Of a DNA stretch of 64,000 bases, positions 10,071-19,219 are shown one piece after another (the first letter of the stretch is position 1; the number at the start of each line of letters is the position of its first letter). Position numbers and translations under genes: made by a program. The stretch lies in the NCBI GenBank assembly GCA_000165345.1, contig CM000436.1:1152001-1216000 (forward strand), written 5' to 3'. The notes under the pieces are model-generated. The model saw nothing but the letters and a program-made list of their open reading frames with translations, was not told the DNA's origin and made no database searches.

Positions 10071-13000
10071 TTATTTGGTTTGACTTTGTATTAAAACAAG
10101 GATTTTTATTTCGTTGAGTAAAGCAAAAAATGTTGAAATACTCAAGTAATTATTGATTGTAGAGGTAAATTGTTCAAATAGAAGCGAGTATATCTTCCAT
10201 TTTGCATTACAATTTGTAAGCCACTCAGAATTATTATTACTCTCACCAAATATACTAATAATACATGGATTAAAGTAAAATTGAGTGGAATTAAAATTTG
10301 AATTGCTTGAAATAGTCTGTTTCTTACTAAAGAGATTATAAAAAAATAAGTTATTTGGATCATTAATTACATCAATTTTCTTCCATTTACTAATATAGAA
10401 TTGTTGCTTTTCATTAATAATTTCCAATATATTATTATCCTTTTTATTACTAAAATTCAAATCTCCCTTATTTAAACCATTAGGATTAACCAATTCAACT
10501 TCCTCAAGAATAACAGATTCCAAAATTTCTTTTGATATAATTTCTTTTGGTAAGAATGAACCTAAATCAAGAAAAGAGTTAGGATTTTCAGAATTTACTG
10601 GAAGCTCCAACCATGTAGAATTCATTTCTCTCAAAAATTCTTCCGAATTCTCCAAAAGATTAATATCTTGTTCTTTAATATTCTTTTCTATTGATAGTCT
10701 TGGATAAAACTGTGATTGCCAAACCATCCACCAAGGAGGACTAGTAATAATAGAATCATCCAAATTCAAAGAATTTTGGTAAATATAATTAATAAATGCA
10801 ATATTAAATCCAAAATTACTTAAGTTATTCTTGAAAACTAAGTCATTTTGATCAAAATCCATATTTCCTTTAATTTCTGAAAACTTTTTAATCAACTTTG
10901 GTGCTTCAATTGAATAATCATTATTAGTATCATTTTTAATTGATTTAAAATTCTTAAAATAGTTTTCATTTATACCAAAATCAAAATCCTCGTCTTCATT
11001 AATTATTTCTTCATCTTCTTGTTCTATTTCATATTTTATTGGAGTAAAATATTCTTTCAAATATTTCAAATCTAAGATATTGTTATCACTAATCTCAGGT
11101 TTTATATCAAAATACTTTATTAAAGGATTAATCCTGCTTTTGAAGATACTATTAATTCTTGCTTGATCATAATATGTAAGACTTGTATTTATAACAAAGA
11201 CTTGTATTTCAGATGAATAAACCATTTTTCCAAATTTATTTTTGTAGCTATCAGTCTCATATGATTTATAATGAGAAATCAATGAGTAAATATGAAAAAT
11301 ATTGAATCTATAGAATCTGTCTTTGCTGTAAAACTTTTGTCGATTAACAAGTTTAACTAAAGTAAGATACTCAGAAAGAAGAGAATTAATGAATTGATTT
11401 TGCTTAGTTAAACCATTCCTTGTAGATTTATCATACCATGGAAGAAAAATCCCATTCTTATTAACCTTTTCATATTTTAATACAAATAATATATTTTGTA
11501 TAAATATTAAAACTTGTTCAATATCTAATACAAGCTTTTGTTTAGTAATTGGTTTTATTACATTAATCAATGGATATTCTTCTTTAAATAATGTTTTGTG
11601 AGATGAACTTAGTACTGTAAAGCCTTTGCTTAAATGATTAATCTTGAGTTTATATTTTGTACTTCCAAGAATTTGCCTTAAGCTGATTAAATTCTGTGAG
11701 AATTTAGATATCTTTTCATATCTAATATTAAAGAATTCTCCACTCTTTTGATTTCTATTTCTAGAAATAATAAAACTATTAGATTCCAAAATCTCATCAA
11801 TTACAATGATTTTACCAATTTGTTTAGGTTTAAGTACTTTATCTACCACTAAATCTGTGAATATATTACTAAAATACTTTTCAATCTGACCATTTAACAT
11901 AGGATCCAAAATATTTTCAACAAAATGTACTTTTTCTCTCAATTTTTCATTCAATATACTAATTTCCATATATTCCAATTCAAATCCTATACAATTGTGG
12001 AATACTAATCTATCACACCAATTATAACTTTTTATTAAATTTATCTCAGTTTTATCTCCACTATCTTCATCTTCTTTCTCATTTCTATTAAGAAATTTCC
12101 CAATTTTCCTTGTCCATTGTACCCTGTTTTGTAAGTCCCTGATAATACATTTTAATTCGCAAACAGGATAACCCCTTGCTAGCAAATTTTTTGAAACCTT
12201 TACTTTCTGATACTCTTCCTTACTATTATAATCTTCTTCCAATATTTCATAATCCTCATCATATTCATAACTATCTTTAATTTCATGGTTAGTACTTGAT
12301 TTTCTATTAAATTTATTGGGAGAAATATTATTATCAAGCTTGAAATTAATCTTTTGATTATATAAAATCTTTAATTCATTCAATAAAATCAACTCTTCAA
12401 AGTCAATAATTTCCATTGGAGACTCAATTTTAATAGTATAATTGTAATTACTCAACTTATTTTCTTTCATTTTCTTCTTTTTAACCAAATAATACCCATC
12501 GGAATATTTCATAAAATCTTCTGAGATGTATTTGTTTATTTCTTTCTGATCCAATTCTCTTATTAGTTTATGTTCTTGATCAATAATTCTATCCACTTTG
12601 AATTTGAATTCATATTCCTTTAAACCTTTATTCATTTTATTTAAATACTTATTTTTGACTATTTCTGTGAAACTAATTTTTAATCTATTAGTTCCAAGGC
12701 TGTCAAAATGTTCAAATCCTCCTTCAATCTCACTTATATAATGATAATAGTTATTATCCAGATTTGAACTTAGTATCATCTTATCAAAATAATCCTTCAA
12801 TTCAATACCCTCGTCTATTAAATCCTCCTCTTCCTCTTGTTTATCATTCTCTAACAATTTCATTAAATCAATGAGTCTTTCTGATCCACCTAAGCTATTC
12901 AAAACTTGGTTTTTGTGGATTTTTAATAAATTATTTGCTATATTAGTTTCAATAGAAGTATTACTTTCTTTTGTAAGTGTAAAATCATCGTCAATATAAA

Positions 13001-13145
13001 CTAGATCACTTTCCAAATATATTTTATCCAAGTGTTCTTGAATATAATTATCAGCCAAATCATTTCTTAAAAATGCATTCACCTTCAAATTTACTATTAA
13101 GTAGTAGCTCAAAAAAATTACGAAATAAAATATTCTCAAAAACAT
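10071..13145 (-). CDS. large hypothetical secretory-pathway protein (N-terminal signal peptide or signal anchor, about 1024 aa, no recognised domain)
   Basis: The ORF track start at 13211 is GTG, and the first ATG is at 13145. It gives MFLRIFYFVIFLSYYLIVNLKVNAF (hydrophobic signal or anchor). The protein has many NxS/T sites and acidic patches. Confidence 0.6.
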   Translation of the reverse strand: MFLRIFYFVIFLSYYLIVNLKVNAFLRNDLADNYIQEHLDKIYLESDLVYIDDDFTLTKESNTSIETNIANNLLKIHKNQVLNSLGGSERLIDLMKLLENDKQEEEEDLIDEGIELKDYFDKMILSSNLDNNYYHYISEIEGGFEHFDSLGTNRLKISFTEIVKNKYLNKMNKGLKEYEFKFKVDRIIDQEHKLIRELDQKEINKYISEDFMKYSDGYYLVKKKKMKENKLSNYNYTIKIESPMEIIDFEELILLNELKILYNQKINFKLDNNISPNKFNRKSSTNHEIKDSYEYDEDYEILEEDYNSKEEYQKVKVSKNLLARGYPVCELKCIIRDLQNRVQWTRKIGKFLNRNEKEDEDSGDKTEINLIKSYNWCDRLVFHNCIGFELEYMEISILNEKLREKVHFVENILDPMLNGQIEKYFSNIFTDLVVDKVLKPKQIGKIIVIDEILESNSFIISRNRNQKSGEFFNIRYEKISKFSQNLISLRQILGSTKYKLKINHLSKGFTVLSSSHKTLFKEEYPLINVIKPITKQKLVLDIEQVLIFIQNILFVLKYEKVNKNGIFLPWYDKSTRNGLTKQNQFINSLLSEYLTLVKLVNRQKFYSKDRFYRFNIFHIYSLISHYKSYETDSYKNKFGKMVYSSEIQVFVINTSLTYYDQARINSIFKSRINPLIKYFDIKPEISDNNILDLKYLKEYFTPIKYEIEQEDEEIINEDEDFDFGINENYFKNFKSIKNDTNNDYSIEAPKLIKKFSEIKGNMDFDQNDLVFKNNLSNFGFNIAFINYIYQNSLNLDDSIITSPPWWMVWQSQFYPRLSIEKNIKEQDINLLENSEEFLREMNSTWLELPVNSENPNSFLDLGSFLPKEIISKEILESVILEEVELVNPNGLNKGDLNFSNKKDNNILEIINEKQQFYISKWKKIDVINDPNNLFFYNLFSKKQTISSNSNFNSTQFYFNPCIISIFGESNNNSEWLTNCNAKWKIYSLLFEQFTSTINNYLSISTFFALLNEIKILVLIQSQTK

Positions 13146-13883
13146 CTTCTTATCATTCCATTTCTTATAACTAATAGGCCAATATCCAATTATAGTATTT
13201 TCTAACTTCACCTCGTTAATTTTAACTTTGCGATTTAATCCTTAGTAGAAAAAAAAAGTAGGAAATAAAACAAAAATTCTCTTATCTTTAAATAGGTTAT
13301 TATTTTCTATATTATTGGCTTGACTTACTTCAAGTTTAGTTGTGATGTTCCATTTCAATCAAAATCTATTTCTTATAACTCTATATTCTTATTTTCTTTC
13401 TAAATTCGAAAGAATTTCTTTTTTTTTTTTTGTTTTATTTCCAATTGTCACACAGGTATTCCGTAAGTGTCTACTTTGACTATTGGGCAAAAAAAAAATA
13501 TGGAGGCTCCCCACACATGCAACGCCGGTATTAAAAGTTAAACAAAACTTAGTAATAACATGTGGATTAATAATTGGAAAAATGGTAATTTGAAAATTCT
13601 TAAAATTTTTAATAAAAATTATTTCAATTATAACAAAATATTCATTACTATAATTAAAAATGACTAATATTTTGACTAATTCTATTTTTATTATTTTTTT
13701 TCAATTATTTTTATCATTTTTTCGATTTTAATTGACTTATCGTACTTACGTGTATATAATTTAATAATTACATGCAATTCATGTAATTGCTATTAATTAA
13801 TACACGCAATACATTACGTAATTTGAAAAAAAATAATTAATAAAAAAATAATATATATATATAATATAAATGAGTTTTTGATA

Positions 13884-14829
13884 TTAATCTTTTTTTCTTC
13901 CCCTTGCTTGAACTGTAATAGAATTAAAATAATTGAAAAATTAAATTCAATTTAAATTGTTTTGGTTTCTCTTTCACTTACCTTGTTTATATTTGTTTAA
14001 AATAGATTTTCCATCTGGATGTACTTCACAATATGCTTTTAATATATTGTCCATCTTTTTGAACAAAAAATTAGGGGAAAATATATAAAGAGTAGGTTTC
14101 ATAATTAAACTTACAATTTTAATATTTGGATGTGTAACTTCTAGAGACCTTTCTAATACATATAAATCTACAGCTTTATCCTCAATAGTTAAAGAATCTG
14201 AATAACTTAGTCCAAAATCAATAAAGATTATCTGATTATCGTGAGAATCATCGTTAATAATAATGTTTGAAGTAGTTAAATCACCATGAATTATATGACT
14301 ATGAAGTTTTGAAATTGCATTTCCTATTGATATTGAAATATCTATTAATAATATAATATAATAAAAATATTTGAATAAAAGTCAATAATATTATACTGGA
14401 GATGATTAAATTATTTATTCACTTACCTAATAACTTTGAATCATAATTGCTAGAATTTGATATTATATTGTTCAAATAATCATTCAATATTGTACCTTGA
14501 ACATAGTCCATAATAATGATTCCATTTTCAACATCAACAAAATGAACATTTGGGCAATTTATTCCTTTTTGATTACATTTTACCAAATTTCTAGATTCTC
14601 TCAAAATTCGACTAGTTTTCAAACTTTTATCTAATTGAGGATGTCTATACTTTTTTTCAAATCTATGTTTAATTACCACTTTTTTATTTAATAATGTTGT
14701 TTCATATATTCTCTATTTTGTGGTTTATAAAATTATTAAATAAATTTAAAAATAATCAGTTTATTAACTTACAGCCTCTGCTCCTTGAAATAATAACTTT
14801 TCATAAGAATCTGGTGGAATTATATTCAT
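13884..14829 (-). CDS. BUD32: Bud32/TP53RK (PRPK) atypical protein kinase of the KEOPS/EKC complex; 5 exons: 14829..14773, 14712..14427, 14323..14115, 14054..13982, 13912..13884
   Basis: Reconstructed by hand. All four introns have GTAAGT donors and AG acceptors, with lengths 60, 103, 60 and 69 nt. The phases close to a 217-aa product: MNIIPPDSYEKLLFQGAEA|RIYETTLLNKKVVIKHRFEKKYRHPQLD...G|NAISKLHSHIIHGDLTTSNIII...IDFGLSYSDSLTIEDKAVDLYVLERSLEVTHPNIKI|MDNILKAYCEV...KYKQ|VQARGRKKD. This matches TP53RK blocks QGAEARV, AVIKHRFPKGYRHPALE, HGDLTTSNML, IDFGLS, EDKGVDLYVLEKA and VRLRGRKRSM. The ORF track shows only exon 2 (14419..14679). Confidence 0.75.
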
Positions 14830-15062
14830 TCTAAGCAAATAAAAAACCTTCCTTCTAGGCAAATCAGAGTTTTAGGAAAAATTTAGAATTCAAAGATTAT
14901 TTTAATATAGTTTAGCTATCTATCACTTAATTTCAAATTTACTAATACAACTTTTACGCGCCAACTAATAGTAATTGTTAGCATGTAATAAGTCTTTGAC
15001 AATACAAGAATATTTCTTTCAACATTCTAAGTTCCTCAAAAGGAATTTATTCCCAAAAGGAC

Positions 15063-16880
15063 TTATTTCTTTCTTCTACTTCTAGAAGCAGGTCTTCTCG
15101 ATTTTTTCCTTGATTTGCGAATATTCTTACTTCTAACAGAAGTTGATTTATCTTTAGATTCACTCAGATTTTTATTATGATAATAGTTATAGTAATCATA
15201 ATTATTATTATCATTATTATTGTCATCACAATCATTGTTTTCATTATAATTATGGTCATTACAATTACCCATTAATTTAAAAAGAGACTTGTTTTTGTAG
15301 TAGATTCTTGCTCTTTGAAACTTATGAAAAGGATTCACTCCATCTTCAGTTTGGGGATTCATATATTTTGTGTGAAACATTTCATTAGTTTGATCTTCAT
15401 CCAAATCGCTAGCACTACTTTCACAGATACTATTAGAACGTTCACTTAGGCTAAAGTCTCTTTCAATACTCTTCGAAGCATTGCTCATTCTTTCTTTTCT
15501 TTGTTTTCTTCTTTTCGTCTTTCTTGAATTTCTTGTAATAACTGTAGAATCACATGATCTGCTTGTTGCTTTTCTGAGACTACTTACGCTTGCACGCTCT
15601 ACTATATCATAATCATCATCATCACTTTCCATATACTCTTCGAGATAGTCACTCTCGCAGAAACTATCTTCCTTGTAATATTTCACACGTTTACCTTCTT
15701 TTTCGTGATCTCTCTCATCTTTGTAGTCCACACCTTCTACTTCTTCCTCATTATCTTCTTCTTCCTCATTATCTTCTTCTTCCTCATTGTCTTCTTCTTC
15801 CTCATTATCATTGGCCTCTTCATTGCTTTCATAATCTTCCTGATCATTTTCATCTAAATAAAAGTACTGACTATTTCCTAAATTATGATATCCTGAAAAA
15901 TTTTCATTAAGTCTAGAATTATTAAACCTATTACAAAGTTGATAATTGTGTCCAGGATTTCCACAAAGAGCACAATAGGCCTTTTTAATTGCATTTTTGA
16001 AAGGAATTTCATTATTACAAATGATATGACCAAATCCAGAACAGTTATAACACTCAATATCTAAATCTGTAATTTTTTCTGTAGAATCATGATCTCCAAT
16101 AGCAAGTATACTTTCTTCATATCCTTTCTTAATACAAGGATGAATAGATATATTTTTTGACATCTCTAAGTTCAAATCTTGATTATTTTTATCATTATGA
16201 TTACTACAAACTGGCCTTCTGTAAGTTGAAAAGTCCAAACGTGAATTCAAATAATAGTTGCCTCCACTACATGAATCACATAATCTAATAGGATGGTCAG
16301 GATCTGTTTTCCAGGGACAGTCTTGCGGGTGATGAAATCTACTAGAACAAATTTGACATCTAGCTTTTCTACAATGTTCTTTTGGATGTATTTTAAGGCA
16401 TCTAATGCATATACTATTTTTTCTGGAATCTAATAATCTTTTTTGCTGAACAATTATTTCTTCAGGTATTTCATGAGGATCAATATCTTCATTTTTTGCA
16501 TCATTTTGAAAATTAGAGAAAAAGCGTAAATTATCGTTGTTTGTAGTTTCATTTTGCTTGATAGAGTCCAATTTTACATCCTCATAAGTATCCCATAACA
16601 TGCTTTCATAGTGCTTCATCCACTCAAAAGTCGATCTTTCTTGAATACTTTGATTATTATATACTCTATTTCCGCTGTATTTGTGTAAACCTCTCCTTTT
16701 CCATGAATTATTCTGGTAATAAGTATTGTCGTACCTATTATAAGAGGAATGCTCAGGTCTAGATTCTGAATAGTCATTTTGGTTATATCTTCTGGTTTTT
16801 CTACCCGAGTAATGCCAATTATTATTATTTGGTCTAATTTGATATCTAAAATTGTTATTCTCAAGCCTGTCTGCGTCCAT
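15063..16880 (-). CDS. CCHC zinc-knuckle protein with an acidic NEEEED repeat region and a basic Arg/Lys/Ser C-terminal tail
   Basis: 605-aa ORF with an ATG at 16880. Several CxxC...H...C knuckles are present (CIRCLKIHPKEHC, CQICSSRFHHPQDC, CYNCSGFGHIIC, CALCGNPGHNYQLC). The tail is RSKNIRKSRKKSRRPASRSRRKK. Confidence 0.7.
   Translation of the reverse strand: MDADRLENNNFRYQIRPNNNNWHYSGRKTRRYNQNDYSESRPEHSSYNRYDNTYYQNNSWKRRGLHKYSGNRVYNNQSIQERSTFEWMKHYESMLWDTYEDVKLDSIKQNETTNNDNLRFFSNFQNDAKNEDIDPHEIPEEIIVQQKRLLDSRKNSICIRCLKIHPKEHCRKARCQICSSRFHHPQDCPWKTDPDHPIRLCDSCSGGNYYLNSRLDFSTYRRPVCSNHNDKNNQDLNLEMSKNISIHPCIKKGYEESILAIGDHDSTEKITDLDIECYNCSGFGHIICNNEIPFKNAIKKAYCALCGNPGHNYQLCNRFNNSRLNENFSGYHNLGNSQYFYLDENDQEDYESNEEANDNEEEEDNEEEEDNEEEEDNEEEVEGVDYKDERDHEKEGKRVKYYKEDSFCESDYLEEYMESDDDDYDIVERASVSSLRKATSRSCDSTVITRNSRKTKRRKQRKERMSNASKSIERDFSLSERSNSICESSASDLDEDQTNEMFHTKYMNPQTEDGVNPFHKFQRARIYYKNKSLFKLMGNCNDHNYNENNDCDDNNNDNNNYDYYNYYHNKNLSESKDKSTSVRSKNIRKSRKKSRRPASRSRRKK
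15741..15812. repeat. 4 x 18-bp in-frame tandem repeat (cttcttcctcattatctt) encoding (NEEEED)n inside the zinc-knuckle gene
   Basis: Seen directly. The ORF on the opposite strand, 15590..15910, is a mirror artefact of this repeat. Confidence 0.8.
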
Positions 16881-17032
16881 TTCAAAAAAAAAACGAACCT
16901 AGATGACTAAAGATATAAATAAAATGACGGTATTCATTAAATAATTCCTCTTAATATTGGAATTTGATCTTTTCAACTACTTTGTACAGTCTAATTTTTG
17001 TATGCAAATTTAATTATGAAAATCTATAAAGT

Positions 17033-17467
17033 TGGCTTTTGGCGCCTCATGTCGATACTTAATTTGCCAAAAAAAAAGTGTTGATGCATAAGATCCAAAA
17101 AAAAAAAAAAAAAAAAAAAATCAAATAATAAATTTTTATAATTAAATAAAATATATATCTGCATAAGGATCTAAACTACTTATACAAGGTTTTCTTTTTA
17201 TTATTTTTTCTAATTTCTTTGATTTCCAAATTTTTATTTTTAAATAAATTAGAATATTTGGCGTCATGGCAAATTGGCGCCAGATGAAGTGCATTTTTAT
17301 GTTTGGTTAAAATATTGAAAAAAATTTTTAAAAAACAAAACATTCACAATCAAAATTTCAACAATCATTTTTTTATACTCTAGCTGCTTTAAAAATCTGA
17401 AATTTTAAAATTTTAATTTTAATGGTTTGTTTCTAATATTAATAAAAAAAAAAAAAATGGCGCCCAT
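17033..17467. promoter_or_regulatory. divergent promoter between the zinc-knuckle gene and SerRS carrying at least 4 E2F-like GGCGCC sites (17041..17046, 17261..17266, 17278..17283, 17458..17463) and an A24 homopolymer (17097..17120)
   Basis: Seen directly: TTTTGGCGCCTCATG, TTTGGCGTCATGGCAAATTGGCGCCAGATG and AATGGCGCCCAT. Confidence 0.5.
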
Positions 17468-17693
17468 ATTCAAAATATTTGTATATTTAATTATGGCAAA
17501 TTGACTCACATAAATTTAATACATAATATAAGACAAAAAAAAATTATTGAGGGGATTTATATCAAAAATAAAAGGCAATAAAAATTACCTTATTAAATTG
17601 TAAGTAATAGCAAGTTATTCGAAATTATTTGAAAAAGAAAAGCTCAATATAAATAAGATTAGTTTTAAACATATTACAATATAAGTATTTATT

Positions 17694-19058
17694 ATGCCTA
17701 TAGATATTAATAGAATTAGAGTGGAGAAAGGTGGAGATTATCAAAAGATAGCCGAGTCAGAAATGGCAAGGTATAAAGGACTAGAAACTCTTGAGGAACT
17801 CGTTAAAGTAGATCAGAAATGGAGAGAGGATATGTTTAAATTAGAGCAAAGCAAAAAGGAGTTAAATTCAATTTCAAAAGAAATTGCTCAAATTAAAAAG
17901 AAAGATCCAAAGGCAGATTGCAAGGATTTACAAGACAAAAGCGTTCAATTAAAGAAGAATCTTCCAATTATCGAGAAACAAGCATTGGAAACTGAAGAAG
18001 TAAGAGATAAGTTATGGCATAAAATTGGTAATGTCTTACAACCTGATGTTCCTATTTCCAATACAGAGGATGACAACCTTGTATTGAGAACATGGGGAGA
18101 AATACCAGATATTAAGGTTGATGGAACACCAGGGAAATTGCATCACAATGAAATCATGTCCAGATTAGGATTCTATGATAGTGTGAAAGGTGCAGAATTA
18201 GCAGGCCATCGTGGTTACTTTTTAAAGGATTATGGTGTAATAATGAGTATGGCTCTCTCACATTATGCTATGGGATTCTTGTTAAAAAAAGGATATTTGG
18301 CAATTCAACCGCCATACTTTATGAAAAGAGATTTGATGGGTAAAGCAGCTGAATTGCAGGACTTTGAGGAGACACTTTATCACATTCCTTCTGATAACAG
18401 CAAAGGCGAGGTTGATTCAAATAGCTTATTTTTGATTGCAACATCTGAGCAACCAATAGCTGCAATGCATCATAATGTGACACTTGAAGATAAGGACTTA
18501 CCAATCAAATATGCTGGTATTTCAACATGCTTTAGAAAAGAGGCAGGCGCTCATGGTAAAGATACCTGGGGAATATTTAGAATTCATCAATTTGAAAAAG
18601 TTGAGCAATTCTGTGTTACTTTACCAGAAGACTCACAAAAGATTCATGAGGAAATGATTAGCATTTCCGAGGAATTTTATCAATCTTTGGAATTACCTTA
18701 TAGAGTAATTTCAATCGTATCAGGAGCGCTTAATGACGCTGCATCGAAAAAGTATGATTTAGAAGCTTGGTTCCCCGGATATAACTCATATAGGGAACTT
18801 GTTTCATGCTCAAACTGTACTGATTACCAATCTAGAGCGCTTGAATGTCGTCTGGGATTCAGAAAAGAAGGAGAGCGTGAAAAACATTACTGCCATTTCC
18901 TAAACGGTACTTTATGTGCAATCCAAAGAACAATGTGCTGTATTGTTGAAAACTATCAAACTCCAGATGGTCTTAGAATACCAAAAGTCTTACAGCCTTA
19001 TATGAATGGCGTCGAATTCATTCCATTCAAAAACGAAACCGCTACTTGTGCCAATTAG
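17694..19058 (+). CDS. SARS: seryl-tRNA synthetase, cytoplasmic (class II aaRS)
   Basis: 454-aa ORF with an ATG start. It has the N-terminal coiled-coil arm typical of SerRS and a class II catalytic core (FRKEAGAHGKDTWGIFRIHQFEKVEQF...; motif 3 region GTLCAIQRTMCCIVENYQ). Confidence 0.9.
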   Translation: MPIDINRIRVEKGGDYQKIAESEMARYKGLETLEELVKVDQKWREDMFKLEQSKKELNSISKEIAQIKKKDPKADCKDLQDKSVQLKKNLPIIEKQALETEEVRDKLWHKIGNVLQPDVPISNTEDDNLVLRTWGEIPDIKVDGTPGKLHHNEIMSRLGFYDSVKGAELAGHRGYFLKDYGVIMSMALSHYAMGFLLKKGYLAIQPPYFMKRDLMGKAAELQDFEETLYHIPSDNSKGEVDSNSLFLIATSEQPIAAMHHNVTLEDKDLPIKYAGISTCFRKEAGAHGKDTWGIFRIHQFEKVEQFCVTLPEDSQKIHEEMISISEEFYQSLELPYRVISIVSGALNDAASKKYDLEAWFPGYNSYRELVSCSNCTDYQSRALECRLGFRKEGEREKHYCHFLNGTLCAIQRTMCCIVENYQTPDGLRIPKVLQPYMNGVEFIPFKNETATCAN

Positions 19059-19076
19059 TCTTTTTTTAGCATACGT

Positions 19077-19117
19077 GGGAAGGCGGGCTTTTCCCAACAT
19101 AGAATTGCATGCAAACT
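19077..19117. promoter_or_regulatory. GGGAAGGCGGGCTTTTCCC (near-palindromic E2F-like element) plus ATTGCATGCAAAC in the 160-bp spacer between two convergent 3' ends (SerRS and DHHC)
   Basis: Seen directly. The position is unexpected for a promoter element. See findings. Confidence 0.35.
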
Positions 19118-19219
19118 TAAATATATATAGGAAATATTCACAAAATTATAAATATGAACAATTAAGTTTGTGAAATTTAGAAAATCTATATTTTAACACT
19201 AGAATTTAATAAGTTATTT

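Noticed and set aside
8532-13211. ORF-track start coordinates 9536, 13211, 6856 and 25882
   Set aside because: The track translates TTG/GTG as M. Re-anchoring to the first in-frame ATG (9530, 13145, 6847, 25879) gives sensible N-termini and, for two of them, canonical signal peptides.
14419-14679. 86-aa ORF treated as a stand-alone gene
   Set aside because: It is exon 2 of the spliced Bud32 kinase gene. The annotated M is a GTG, and the frame continues across GTAAGT/AG introns on both sides.
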